From Centroscyllium fabricii (Eukaryota), in the NCBI GenBank assembly GCA_051313645.2, contig JBNRSN020000045.1:3224001-3288000 (forward strand): 64,000 bases of DNA. The letters are read 5' to 3'. Each line of letters opens with the position of its first letter. Position 1 is the first letter of the stretch. The notes beneath the pieces were generated by a model. That model saw only the letters and a list, made by a program, of their open reading frames with translations, searched no databases and had not been told where the DNA came from. Shown piece by piece: positions 47,850 to 59,337 of the stretch. Made by a program: the position numbers and the translations under genes.

Positions 47850-48390
47850 TGGAGCCTGTTCCTCCTGTTAACTGTTTAATTGTCCACCACCACTCACGAC
47901 TGGATGTGGCAGGACTGCAGAGCTTTGATTTGATCCGATGGTTGTGAGGTCGCTTAGCTCTGTCTATCGCATGTTGCTTCTGTTGTTTGGCATGCAAGTA
48001 GTCCTATGTTGTAGCCTCACCAGGTTGACACCTCATTTTTCAGTATGCCTGGTCCTGTTCCCGGCATGCTCTCCTGCACTCTTCGTTAAACCAGGGTTGA
48101 TCTCCCGGCTTGATGGTAATGGTAGAGTGAGGGATATGCTGGGCCATCTGGTTACAGATTGTGGTTGAATACAATTCTGCTGCTGCTGATGGCCCACAGC
48201 GCCTCATGGATGCCCAGTTTTGAGTTGCCAGATCTGTTCGAAATCTGTCCCATTTAGCACGGTGGTAGTGTCACACAACACGTTGGAGGGTATCCTCAAC
48301 ATGAAGACGGGACTTAGTCTCCACAAGGACTGTGCGGTGGTCACTTCCACCAATGGACAGAGGCATCTGCAACAGGTAGATTGGTGAGGA
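47850..48390 (-). mobile_element. Unrelated non-LTR ORF2 fragment inside the PLE
   Basis: AIDRAKRPHNHRIKSKLCSPATSSREWWWTIKQLTG resembles a LINE EN-RT linker, and the clade is uncertain. Confidence 0.6.
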
Positions 48391-49684
48391 CTTCCCTCTA
48401 CCGCAAGACCACGGACAACCTCACGATGCTCCACTTCTCCAGCTTCCACCCTAACCACGTTAAAGAAGCCATCCCCTATGGACAAGCCTTGTGAATACAC
48501 AGGATCTGCTCAGATGAGGAGGAACGCGATGGACACCTACAGACGCTGAAAGACGCCCTCGTAAGAACGGGATATGACACTCGACTCATCGATCGACAGT
48601 TCCGATGAGCCACAGCGAAAAATCGCTTAGACCTCCTCAGAAGACAAACACGGGACACAACCAACAGAGTACCCTATGTCGTCCAGTACTTCCCCGGAGC
48701 GGAGAAACTACGCCATGTTCTTCGCAGCCTTCAACATGTCATCGATGACGACAAACACCTCGCTAAGGCCATCCCCATGCCTCCACTACTCGCCTTCAAA
48801 CAGCCGCTTAACCTCAAACAGACCATCGTTTGCAGCAAATTACCCAGCTTTCAGGAGAACAGCAACCACACCACGCAACCCTGCCACAGAAAACTCTGCA
48901 AGACATGCAAGATCATCAACACAGATACCATCATCACATGTGAGGACACCACCCACCAGGTACATGGTACATACGCATGTGACTCGGCCAACGTTGTCTA
49001 CCTGATACGTTGCAGGAAAGGATGACCTGGAGCATGGTACCTCGGCGAGACCATGCAGACTTTGCGACAACGGATGAACGGACGCCGCACAACAATCGCC
49101 AGGCAGGAGTGTTCCCTACCAGTCGGGGAACACTTCAGCAGTCAAGGACATTCAGCCTCCGATCTTCGGGTAAGCATTCTCCAAGGTGGCCTTCGAGACA
49201 CAGGACAACGCAAAATCGTCGAGCATTAACTGATAGCCAAGTTCCACACTAATGAGGACGGTCTCAACCGGGATCTTGGCTTCATGTCACGCTATATGTA
49301 ACCCCACCTGACGTAGAGTCATCCAGACTCAAGACGTCATCGGTTTGTTCTCTCTACACAGATGCGACTGGACCTGCTGTGATTTCCAGCAAAACGTTTT
49401 TATTTCATTTTATTTTTTTACTGCTTTGTTTGTTTTTTGTTTTTCATACAGCATGTGCAACATTTGACCTCTTGCGACCCCACCTCATTGTTCTTTGATG
49501 GAATGTTTTGCTGGCCTGTTTGGGCACCATTTACACCCAAGATTGTGGTGGACACCATTTACACCCATGATTGCGGTGGTTATCTCTCTACCGAGGTGTG
49601 ATAAAGGGCAGTTAGAAAAATAACAGTAATCATCAAGCATTGTTTTCTGACTATATATGCTGTGCCTATGTGTATCTCTTCACT

Positions 49685-49721
49685 TCACCTGACGAAGGAG
49701 CAGCGCTCCGAAAGCTTGTGA
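49685..49721 (+). ncRNA. Minimal type-I hammerhead ribozyme of the PLE pseudo-LTR
   Basis: TCAC-CTGACGA-A-GGAGC-agc-GCTCC-GAAA-GC-TT-GTGA: intact core, 5-bp stem II, palindromic AAGCTT stem III, stem I TCAC/GTGA. Confidence 0.8.
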
Positions 49722-50128
49722 TTTCAAATAAAACTGTTGGACTATTACCTGGTGTTGTGTGACTTCTTACAACTATAGCCTAACCCATGTTTTGTAAAAA
49801 TTTATTGTATTTACTCTTGTCCTGTATACCTCTTCTATAAAATTTGAAATTCTGTTGGCATTCCTTGTTCTTCCTCACAAACTATATTATCTCATGTTTA
49901 TACATGTTAAATTGGAGCTAGAGTCATAGAGTTATACAGCGCAGAAAGAGGCCCTTCGACCCATTGTGTCCGTGCCGGCCATCAAGCCCTGTCTATTCTA
50001 ATCCCATTTTCCTGCATTTGGTCCATAGCCTTGTATGCTATGGCATTTCAAGTGCTCATCCAAATGCTTCTTGAATGTTGCAAGAAGTCACACAACACCA
50101 GGTTATAGTCCAACAGTTTTATTTTAAA

Positions 50129-50166
50129 TCACAAGCTTTCGGAGCTTCTGCCCCTTCGTCAGGTGA
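50129..50166 (-). ncRNA. Minimal hammerhead motif (left arm)
   Basis: TCAC-CTGACGA-A-GGGGC-agaa-GCTCC-GAAA-GC-TT-GTGA. Stem II has one G-U pair. Confidence 0.75.
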
Positions 50167-50286
50167 AACAGAAGCTGACTTAAAGAACAGCCTTTGTGTG
50201 CTCTGTCTATCTCTGCTAACGTGAGATGTGGGAGATCAGATTTCTCTCTTCCTCCCATATGTGCGTTCTTTACGTCAGCTTCTCTT

Positions 50287-50324
50287 TCACCTGACGAAGG
50301 GACAGATGCTCCGAAAGCTTGTGA
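50287..50324 (+). ncRNA. Minimal hammerhead motif (right arm)
   Basis: TCAC-CTGACGA-A-GGGAC-agat-GCTCC-GAAA-GC-TT-GTGA. Stem II is weakened by one mismatch. Confidence 0.7.
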
Positions 50325-51593
50325 TTTAAAATAAAACTGTTGGACTATAATCTGGTGTTGTGTGACTTCTTGCATTTGTCCACCCCAGTCCAACACCGGC
50401 ACCTCCACTTCTTGAGTGTTGTGAGGGTTCCTGCCTCTACCACCCTTTCAGCCAGTGAGTTCCAGATTCCAAACACCCTCTGGGTTAAAAGGTTCCTCCT
50501 CAAATCCCCTCTAAACCTCCCGCCCCTTACGTTGAAACTATGCCCCCTGGTTATTGATCCCTCTACTAATGGAAAAAGTTCCTTTCTATCTACACTATGC
50601 CCCTCATAATTTTGTACACCTCAATCTGGTCCAATAGTTGTAACAATACATATTCTTCAGTGTATCTGTCTCCAAACTTTTTTAAACTATACCAGATCAG
50701 TAATGGGCAAGATTGATGGCAGACCTAAAAGGTACACTAACTACAATCACAAACTATGGCTTTGTATTGAAGCATTTTGATAAAAATGTAAAATTTTTAT
50801 TTATTTCTTTTAAAATTTTGGGCAAGTGAAATTTATGTTCGGGCAAGTGTTTTAGAAATCCATTTGCCCGACTGGGCAAGTGAAAGAAAACAATTTGTAG
50901 CACCCTGGTGTGATTTAATCCCCTTCCCCACTGAATACTATGGACAGACAGGCTCACCTTGGGAACGGATTGGTCAGTGTGACATTACTTTCTAAACAAG
51001 AGCCCACAAGACAATGGGTTATCAATAAATGTTAAAGGGATTCAATGCTCGGAAGTTACGCTGTGAATAAAGGAGATATAATGCTGATCAATAATGTCTG
51101 AAGATAATGATTTCTCTCTGTGGAATGAGCTTGCACACATTAAGCATGATGAGCTTTGTACACACACAGCAAGAACTTTACGAGGCTCTTTTCAGTTGTT
51201 GCTCTGAACCCGCTGAGACTGGTGCACCCGGTGTGCATTAGGACCCTGCGGCCGCCCATCCAGCGGTGCTGTGAGGTCACGGTTCCAGGCTCTGTCTCAC
51301 CCAATCAGTGGGTCCCGCCAAAGCTCAATAGAAAACACTGCATCAAAATCAATCCTGCCCATTCACAAACTGGGAGCAATCGGCACAGCACAACACAAGT
51401 GTGAATTTTAACACACACAGTGTGTCACTAGTTAGTGCAAAATGCAGGGCACTATTGCTCACCTTCAGTCCTGTCCCTCAATCCCAGCTCATCTCTGGGG
51501 GATTGTTACAAGGTTCACCCTGTCCTTTCAACACAGATATTACCCACATAATCCCACATCAATTAGACATTGCACAGAGCTTCTGACAGTTTA

Positions 51594-52340
51594 TGGCCCA
51601 GAAATTGCACTCATCGCATATCGGGTTTATAGTGCGAGCGCACCAGCGCTTAAACCCGCAGGAAGCTGCCGGTGCGCACGCTTCAGGCTTTCCTGTGCCG
51701 CCCAGCAGGGGGGTCAGTGCTTCCTGCGAGGTCCACCACAGGAAGCTGCGAACTACAGGACCGCCCAGACTTTCCACTTTTTTTTCACTTTTTCTACGAC
51801 CAAGAGGAGAAAAATCAACGCTGGGAAAAAGCAGTCGTTAACACCCGTTTTCATCAGGTAAGTGTATATTTTATTGATTTTAATTGTTGGTTTTTCAGGT
51901 TTTTAACTGTTGATAACTTTAAAGACAGGTAAGTATTTTTTTAGACCTCTTGGAAGTGAAAAAAAATGTCTGTAAATTTTTAGTTTTTCTTTAAAATAGG
52001 TTATCTGTGTTAGTTGGGGTCATGATTAAAAAATGTGGTGTTTGTAAAATTTTATTTTTGTGTTTAGGTGTCTTTTGAGATTCTCCCTTTTCAAAACTCG
52101 CACAGATTTCTCTGTGGAAGTTTTGAACGGAGAATTGCTTCCACTGATTGGCTCCCTGCCAATCAGCTGGTCTCAAAAGCCACCTCGCACTAATTACACC
52201 GTTCAGAACTCGCACGGAGCTCTGACAGCAAGGCTAATGGGAATTTCTCAGTGCAAAAAAGCAAAACTGAATATGGGCAATTAAAGTGCGTTAAGCAGCA
52301 CTGCACCCGCATGAAAGGCTCCACTGCAATTTCTGGGCCA
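51594..52340. mobile_element. Harbinger/PIF non-autonomous element
   Basis: Perfect 16-bp TIRs TGGCCCAGAAATTGCA / TGCAATTTCTGGGCCA with a TTA target duplication. Confidence 0.85.
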
Positions 52341-53084
52341 TTAACAAGACTCGACCAATGCTTCAAACCATTAAATAAATAAATCAATCATCTCATCTCA
52401 TCCTGGTGGATAAAGCCTCAGAAGGTTCCTCAGTAAGGATTCCTCTGGTTCCTCACCATATATGTGTCGGGATACTGAAACCCAGCTTTCTCACAGTCCA
52501 CTCCTGGAGGCCCCACTCCCTGAGCCCACAACCTTCAGCAGGGTCAGTGCTGGAGTTCCCCAACGGGAGTGATCCCAGAGTAACTCTCAGGATCGCACCC
52601 CGTGGATGTTCCAGGTCGTGTATTTTTAGTTATCCTGGTGTCACGCACACATCAATAAAACAGGGAATTCCAAGAAACACGTTGCAGGTCCGTCTTTACC
52701 TGGAGATCAAATGTCTGTTGTATAATTGTACCAGCAGTTAACAGGCTCCTATGAACTCCCTCTGCTATTTTAATGCAGACTTTAACCAATTTATTTTAAA
52801 TGGGTTTATTTTAAATGAGCTAACAGCTGCCTTAAAATGGTAGATTCAAGACTGTCACACAGACATTAAATCTTCATGGAATAATTACCAGTCATTTTTA
52901 GACTGGAAACTCAACCCTGCCATTTCACTTTCAGTCAGGAATGGACAGCACGTTTCCAACATTCACCGTTGTTTTTCCTGACTCTAAACACAGTTGTAAA
53001 GGAGCCTTCGGTTCCGTGCCTAGGAGCTCTAACCCATGGGAGAGCGCAGCTGGGACACATTCCTTACAGGCCTCAAGATTAAAG

Positions 53085-53940
53085 GGATATCGGTCTGCAA
53101 AGGGATATAGATAGACTAAGTGAGTGGACAGTAAGGTGGCAGATGGAGTATAATGTAGGGAAATGTGAGGTTATTCACTTTGGTAGGAAGAATAGAAAAA
53201 CTATTTGTTAAATGGTTAGAAACTTTCAAATGTTGGTGTTGAGAGATTTGGATGTCCTCATGTAAGAAACACAGAAAGCGAGCATGCAGGTACAGCAAGC
53301 AATGAAAGGCAAATGGCATGTTGGCCTTTAGGGCAAGGGGGTTGGAGTATAAGAGTAAGGAAGTCTTGCTACAATTGTACAGGTCCTTGGTGAGACCACA
53401 CCTGGAGTACTGGGCAGTTTTGGTTTCCTTATCTAAGGAAGGATATACATGCCTTGGAGGCGGTGCAACAAAGGTTGACTAGATCGATTCCTGGGATGAG
53501 AGGGCTGTCCTATGATGAGAGATTATGTAGAATGGGCCGATACTCTCTGGAGTTTATAAGAATGAGAGGTGATCTCATTGAAACATACAAGATTCTGAAG
53601 GCGATTGACGGTAGATGCTGAGAGGTTGTTACCCCTGGCTGGAGTGTCTAGAACTATTGGCCACAGTCTCAGGATAAGGGGTCGGCCATTTAAGACAGTG
53701 GGTTGTGAATCTTTGGAATTCAATGGCCCAGAGGGCTGTGAATGCTGAGTCTTTGAGTATATTCAAGGCTGAGATAGATAGATTTTGGACCGTCGGGGAA
53801 TCAAGGGATATAGAGACGAGGCGGGAAACTGGAGTGGAGGTCGATGATCAGCTGTGATCTTGTTGAATGGCAGAGCAGGCTTGAGGGGCCGTGTGACCTA
53901 CTCCTGCTCCTAATTCTTATGATCTTTCTGATGTTCTTAA
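53085..53940 (+). mobile_element. CR1 3' fragment
   Basis: RT C-terminal sequence (LVRPHLEY, MRGDLIETYKIL) and a TTCTTATGATCT tail. Confidence 0.88.
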
Positions 53941-54302
53941 TCTGCCTGGCAACTTTCAGTGAAGAGAAACGAGAAAGACCAAAGTGCCATTTGCCGCTCT
54001 CAGTCTGGCCCTGAAGGACTGTGTCCAGGCTATAGTTCTGATCTTGCTGTACGATCCTCCCCCAGATTGTCCTTTCTGAGCTCCAGCCAGGTGCTGCTAA
54101 ACACTCAGTTGGGAACGACAAATATCCACAACAATCTGTTTAAAGCTAAGCTGATTTATTTGACATATATCCGGAAATTTAAACTCCAGCCCAGTTACAG
54201 GTGTTATTAACATCAGCAGAAACAAACCCCAACTGTCAGAAGGAACATAATTCAGTCCGGGATGTGATTAACAACAGCAACAGCAGAATCCAACTCCTGC
54301 AG

Positions 54303-55007
54303 TCACTTGTGAACTCGCTGGTGTTTCAGCAGGGTGGATGACTGAGTGAATCCCTTCCCACACATGGAGCAGGTGAATGGCCTCTCCCCAGGGTGCTGTC
54401 GCTGGTGTCTCAGCAGGGTAGATGACAGAGTGAATCCCTTCCCACACTCAGTGCATGTGAACGGTCTCTCCCCAGTGTGAATTCGCTGGTGTTTCAGCAG
54501 GTCGGATGAACACACGAATCCCTTCCCACACTCAGAGCAAGTGAACGGTCTCTCCCCAGTGTGAACTCGCTGGTGTGACAGCAGCTGACATGACTGATTG
54601 AATCCCTTCCCACAGTTAGAGCAGGTGAACGGTCTCTCCCCAGTGTGAACTCGCTCGTGTGTCAGCAGGTGGGATGACTGAGTGAATCCCTTCCCACTCT
54701 CAGAGCAGGTGAATGGTCTCTCCCCGGTGTGATGAACTCGCTGGTGTGTCAGCAGGTTGGATGACTGAGTGAATCCTTTCCCACACTTAGAGCAGGTGAA
54801 TGGTCTCTCCCCGGTGTGAACTCGCTGGTGTGTCAGCAGGTGGGATGAAGCAGTGAATCCCTTCCCACACTCGGAGCAGGTGAACGGCCTCCCATCTGTG
54901 TGAATGATCTTGTGTCTCGACAGGTCACAGGGTTGGCTGAAGCCTCGTCCACACTTAGAACACTTGTACAGATTCTCCCCGCTCTGAACGGTGCTTTCTG
55001 CTTCCAT
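54303..55007 (-). CDS. C2H2 zinc-finger protein D (8 units, one Cys-to-Ser), inverted paralogue of C
   Basis: [19 protein letters not shown]...HQRVHK*, with acceptor TTTTTCAG ending at 55102. Confidence 0.88.
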   Translation of the reverse strand: MEAESTVQSGENLYKCSKCGRGFSQPCDLSRHKIIHTDGRPFTCSECGKGFTASSHLLTHQRVHTGERPFTCSKCGKGFTQSSNLLTHQRVHHTGERPFTCSESGKGFTQSSHLLTHERVHTGERPFTCSNCGKGFNQSCQLLSHQRVHTGERPFTCSECGKGFVCSSDLLKHQRIHTGERPFTCTECGKGFTLSSTLLRHQRQHPGERPFTCSMCGKGFTQSSTLLKHQRVHK

Positions 55008-56329
55008 GCTCAAAGGCCCTGATGAATTGAGCGACTCAGTCAGGTATTGCAGTGATGTTTAGTTTGAATTTCCCGTCTGCAAATCCTCCCCTTCGAACAC
55101 CCTGAAAAATGAATTTGAAACAGGAAAAAGGGAAGGTGAGAGAGAATCCACAAAACACAAAGGCAGGTTGAATGAGTTCAATGAATCTGAGAATATGTGG
55201 GGTCGGCACTAGAAAAAAATGACCATGAAAGCTGCTGGATTGTAAAAACTCAACTGGTTCACTGATGTCCTTCAGGGAATGGCCCCCGCCACCCGGTCTG
55301 GGCCTACACAAGACTCTGGGCGCTATGGGAGAAGAGAGAGTGAGGTGGGAGGGGGAGAGGTGTAGGAGAGCGACTTTATACTTCTGCAACTCAACTAGAA
55401 CTTTAACAGCACCTCCCAAACACACGACCTCCGCCACCTGGATGGACAAGGGCAGCAGGTGCATGGGAACACCATCACCTCCCAGTTCCCCTCCAAGTCA
55501 CACAGTATCCTGACTTGGCTATATATCGCCGATCCTACAGCGTAGCTGTGAAAATCCTGGAACAGCTCACCTAACAGCATTCTTAGAGTACCTTCACCAC
55601 GCGGACTGCAGAGGTTCAAGAAGGTGGCCCACAATCGCCTTCGCAACGGGCAACTGGGGACTGGCAATATATGCTGGCCTTGCTAGTGACACCCACATCG
55701 AATGAATTAAAAAAATGTGTCTATATAAAATGGACTGAAAGCCTCTACAGAAATACTTGTTCCTAAAATGATAATTTTTTGCACTGGAAAAGTCAGCAGG
55801 CCAGTTGACATCATTGCCAAAGGGATTCAACCTAAAATGTTGACTCTACTTCTCTCTTCACGGATGTTGCCTGGCCTGCTGAGTTTTTCCAGCATTTTCT
55901 GTTGTTATTTGGGATTTGCAGCATCTGAAGTATCTTGCTATCGTACCAATATTTTACACTGTATGGACAGGGCCTGTTTAGCAACTTAAGTTCCCTAGAA
56001 TCCATCTCCCTTCACAATCCCACATTGGAAATTGCTGGGTCCCACTGGGCTCAGTACTGGGGGTTAAACCCAGCAGCTTCTCCCCCCTCTCCACTCCAGC
56101 TCAAACTGATGCAACAAGAAAGCCCTACACAGGAGGCCAGGGACCGAGTTCCACATCCACTGCCCACCCTGGTGCTAACGAACTCCGAGTTGCTCCCTGT
56201 TGTATAAATCCAAGTTGTTGTGCTTCTTGACTGGAGGAGGTGCTGCACCCTGGGGTTAATGGTGCCAGTGTCCTGGTCGCATGTCCACCGGCTCTGATTC
56301 GTGGCCTGAGACCCAAAGTTGGTGTTGCT

Positions 56330-57918
56330 GAGGATTCCAACCCTGGGACTGTACATGGAGATTCCAACCCTGGGACTGTACATGTGGTTTCCAACCCTGG
56401 GACTGTACATGGGGATTCTAACCTTGGGACAGTACATGGAGATTCCAACCCTGGGACTGTACATGGGGATTCTAACCCTGGGACTGTACATGGAGATTCC
56501 AACCCAGGGACTGTACATGTGGTTTCCAACCCTGGGAGTGTGCATTGGGATTCTAACCTTGGGACAGTACATGGAGATTCCAACCCTGGGACTGTACATG
56601 GGGATTCTAACCCTGGGACTGTACATGGAGATTCCAACCCAGGGACTGTACATGGGGATTCTAACCATGGGACAGTAGATGGAGATTCCAACCCAGGGAC
56701 TGTACATGTGGTTTCCAACCCTGGGAGTGTGCATTGGGAATCTAACCTTGGGACAGTACATGGAGATTCCAACACTGGGATGGCACAGGAGGATTCCAAC
56801 CATGGGACTGTGCATGGGGATTCCTTCCCTGGGACTATACATGGGGATTCTAACCTTGGGACAGTACATGGAAATTCCAACCCTGGGACTGCACAGAGGA
56901 TTCCAACCCTGGGACTGTGCATGGGGATTCCAACCCCGGGCCTGTACATGGGGATTCCAACCCTGCGACTGAACTGTCACATTCCAACGCTGGGATTGTA
57001 CATGGGGATTTCAACCCTGGGACTGTACCTGGGGATTCCAGCCCTGGGACTGTACATGGCGATTCCAGCCCTCGGACAGTACATGGGGATTCTACCCCTG
57101 GGACTGTACATGGAGATTCTAACCCTGGGACTCTACATGGAGATTCCAACCCTGGGACTCTACATGGAGATTCCAACACTGGGACTGTACATGGCGATTC
57201 TAACCCTGGGACTGTACATGGCGTATCTAACCCTGGGACTCTACATGGAGATTCCAACACTGGGACTGTACATGGCGATTCTAACCCTGGGACTGTACAT
57301 GGAGATTCTAACCCTGGGACTCTACATGGAGATTCCACCACTGGGACTGTACATGGCGATTCTAACCCTGGGACTCTACACGGAGATTCCAACACTGGGA
57401 CTGTACATGGCGATTCTAACCCTGGGACTGTACATGGGGATTCTAACCCTGGGACTCTACATGGGAATTCCAACACTGGGACTGTACATGGCAATTCTAA
57501 CCCTGGGACTGTACATGGAGATTCTAACCCTGGGACTCTACATGGAGATTCCAACACTGGGACTGTACATGGCGATTCTAACCCTGGGACTGTACATGGG
57601 GATTCCAGCCCTGGGACTGAACATGGGGATTCCAACCCTGGGGCTGTACATGGGGATTTCTATTCTGGGACTGTACCTGGGGATTGCAGCCCTGGGACTG
57701 TGCATGGGGATTCCAACCCTGGTAATTTACATGCGGATTCTAACACTGGGACTGTACATGGAGATTCTAACCCTGGGACTGTACGTGGGGATTCTAACCC
57801 TGTGACTGTACATGAATATTCCTATCCTGAGACTGTACATGGGAATTCCAACTCTGGGACGGTACATGGGGATTCCAACACTGGGATTGTACATGGAGAT
57901 TCTAACCCTGGGACCATG
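56330..57918 (-). repeat. 27-bp minisatellite (about 59 units), reverse orientation of 35140-38310
   Basis: (GGGGATTCCAACCCTGGGACTGTACAT)n with the same exit junction TCAGCAACACC toward the ZNF exon. Confidence 0.95.
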
Positions 57919-57924
57919 AAATAA

Positions 57925-58420
57925 CACTGGCGAGCAAAACAAAGGAAAATCCTAAGGTGTTTTATAAGTATATTAAGGGCAAGAGGACAACTAGAGAAAG
58001 AGTAGGGCCCATTAAGGACCAAAGTGGCAATCTGTGTGTAGAGCCAGAAGATGTAGTTAAGGTTTTAAATGAATTTTTTGCATCTGTGTTCACTATGGAG
58101 AAGGACGATGTAGACATAGAAATCACGCAGGGGGACTGTGATATACTTGAACATATTAGCATCGAGAGGGAGGAGGTACTAGTCCAAAGATGTGTGGGTT
58201 AGGTTGATTAGCCATGATAAATTGACCCTTAGTGTTAGGGGGATTGAATATGTGGGGATAGGGTGGGATATGTGTCAGTGCAGGCTCGATAGGGATCGAG
58301 GGATATGGGGAGAGGGCAGGGGCGGGGTACTGGGTTTGGATGATCAGCCATGATCTCATTGAATGGCGGAGCAGGCTCGAAGGGCCGAATGGCCTACTCC
58401 TGCTCCTAGTTTCTATGTTT
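57925..58420 (+). mobile_element. CR1 ORF2 fragment followed by a 5'-truncated HE1-type SINE (about 58180-58420)
   Basis: FYKYIKGKRTTRERVGPIKD...LNEFFASVFT, then the SINE 3' half. Confidence 0.8.
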
Positions 58421-58896
58421 CTTGCGGTTTTAGCAATCTGTACAGTCAAAGACACCTGCCCCTGTAGATACATTGGGGGGGTGGGGGTGGAATTTCCACT
58501 GGACTTCTCTAGAACACCCAATGTGTAAGCTGTCTATTAGACCCTCCATCGCGCTCCCTAGTCACATCTCTGATTCTGCACATCTTTCTTTCTATATGTA
58601 TCGCTACGTCCCTCTCTCTCCATCGTTCTTTATCTCTTTCTGCAACTTTTAATCTTTGCAGCCCTTCACCTCCCTCTCTACGACATCTTTCTGGATATCT
58701 CTGCCTCTCCATCTCTTTCTCTGAATCACTCTGTCTCTCTCTGGATCTCCAACTCTATTTCTGCATCACTTTCTCCCTAACTCTGCCACTCTCTCTGTCT
58801 TAGTCCATCTGCCGGTCTCTATTTTGAATCTCCGTTTCTCTGCCGTCTGGTCTCTGCTCCTCTCACTGATTGTGGCTCCGTTTGTCTCTTATTCCC

Positions 58897-59125
58897 TGTA
58901 ATGATATTGAGACTTCCGGCAGGAAGTCGGATGAACTCTGCTTATGATCTTCCAGTGACATCACTTCCTGTACATGTCACTTCCTGTGTAGTAGTATAAA
59001 TTCTGCTGCTATTCAGTCTGAGATAATGCTTCTCCATGTAAATATGTTAAAACTCTCAACTCTGTAAATAGCTGATTAAAGCTTTGCTTAAAGTATTTGA
59101 TGTGTAAGTCGCTTTTGTCACATCA
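58897..59125 (+). mobile_element. Solo LTR (229 bp, TG...CA, 5-bp TSD TTCCC)
   Basis: Near-identical to 29650-29880 and flanked by TTCCC on both sides. Confidence 0.85.
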
Positions 59126-59337
59126 TTCCCCATCTAGCGTGATCCCCCTGATAATGAACCGGGATCCTGCGTCACATCTGTCCCGAGGTTGACTTCCATC
59201 AATGTTAAAGCAGGGAGAGATGCGAAACGGCGGGGGGTGGGGGGGTCTGATTCACCATCACCCGCTTTGTTCTGAAGCGCCAAGTCACAACCTACCCCAG
59301 TGTTTCTTTCCTTCTCTGCCTCTCCCATAAATGGAGT

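Larger units (their letters stand above)
47600..49770 (+). mobile_element. Penelope-like element (Neptune-type), 5'-truncated, with inverted pseudo-LTRs and an 11-bp TSD
   Basis: 48395-49300 translates LYRKTTD...HPNHVKEAIPYGQAL (RT thumb), PCHRKLCKTC (Cys linker) and NVVYLIRC...WYLGET.QTLRQRMN...GLN (GIY-YIG), with stops. 47640-47846 is the inverse of 49561-49770. AACTATAGCCT occurs at 47589-47599 and 49771-49781. Confidence 0.9.
50081..50407. mobile_element. About 330-bp non-coding palindromic PLE derivative with two hammerhead motifs
   Basis: Inverted arms of about 110 bp (50079-50188 and 50265-50374) plus a 3' tail. TSD CTTCTTGAATGTTG / CTTCTTGAGTGTTG. Confidence 0.85.
49922..50630 (-). 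mobile_element. CR1 3' end hosting the palindromic ribozyme element
   Basis: AGTCATAGAGTTATACAGCGCAGAAAGAGGCCC tail. The sequence after 50408 is CR1 ORF2 C-terminus (reverse of FKVRGGRFRGDLRRNLLTQRV). Confidence 0.8.
46806..50907. mobile_element. Second copy of the hAT-like family: left end about 46806-47160, right end about 50750-50907, with a different interior
   Basis: CAGGAGGCGACAAAACCGCTTGCCC... is homologous to 16929-17135, and ...TTTGTAGCACCCTG is homologous to 17900-18036. No TSD is seen. Confidence 0.65.
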
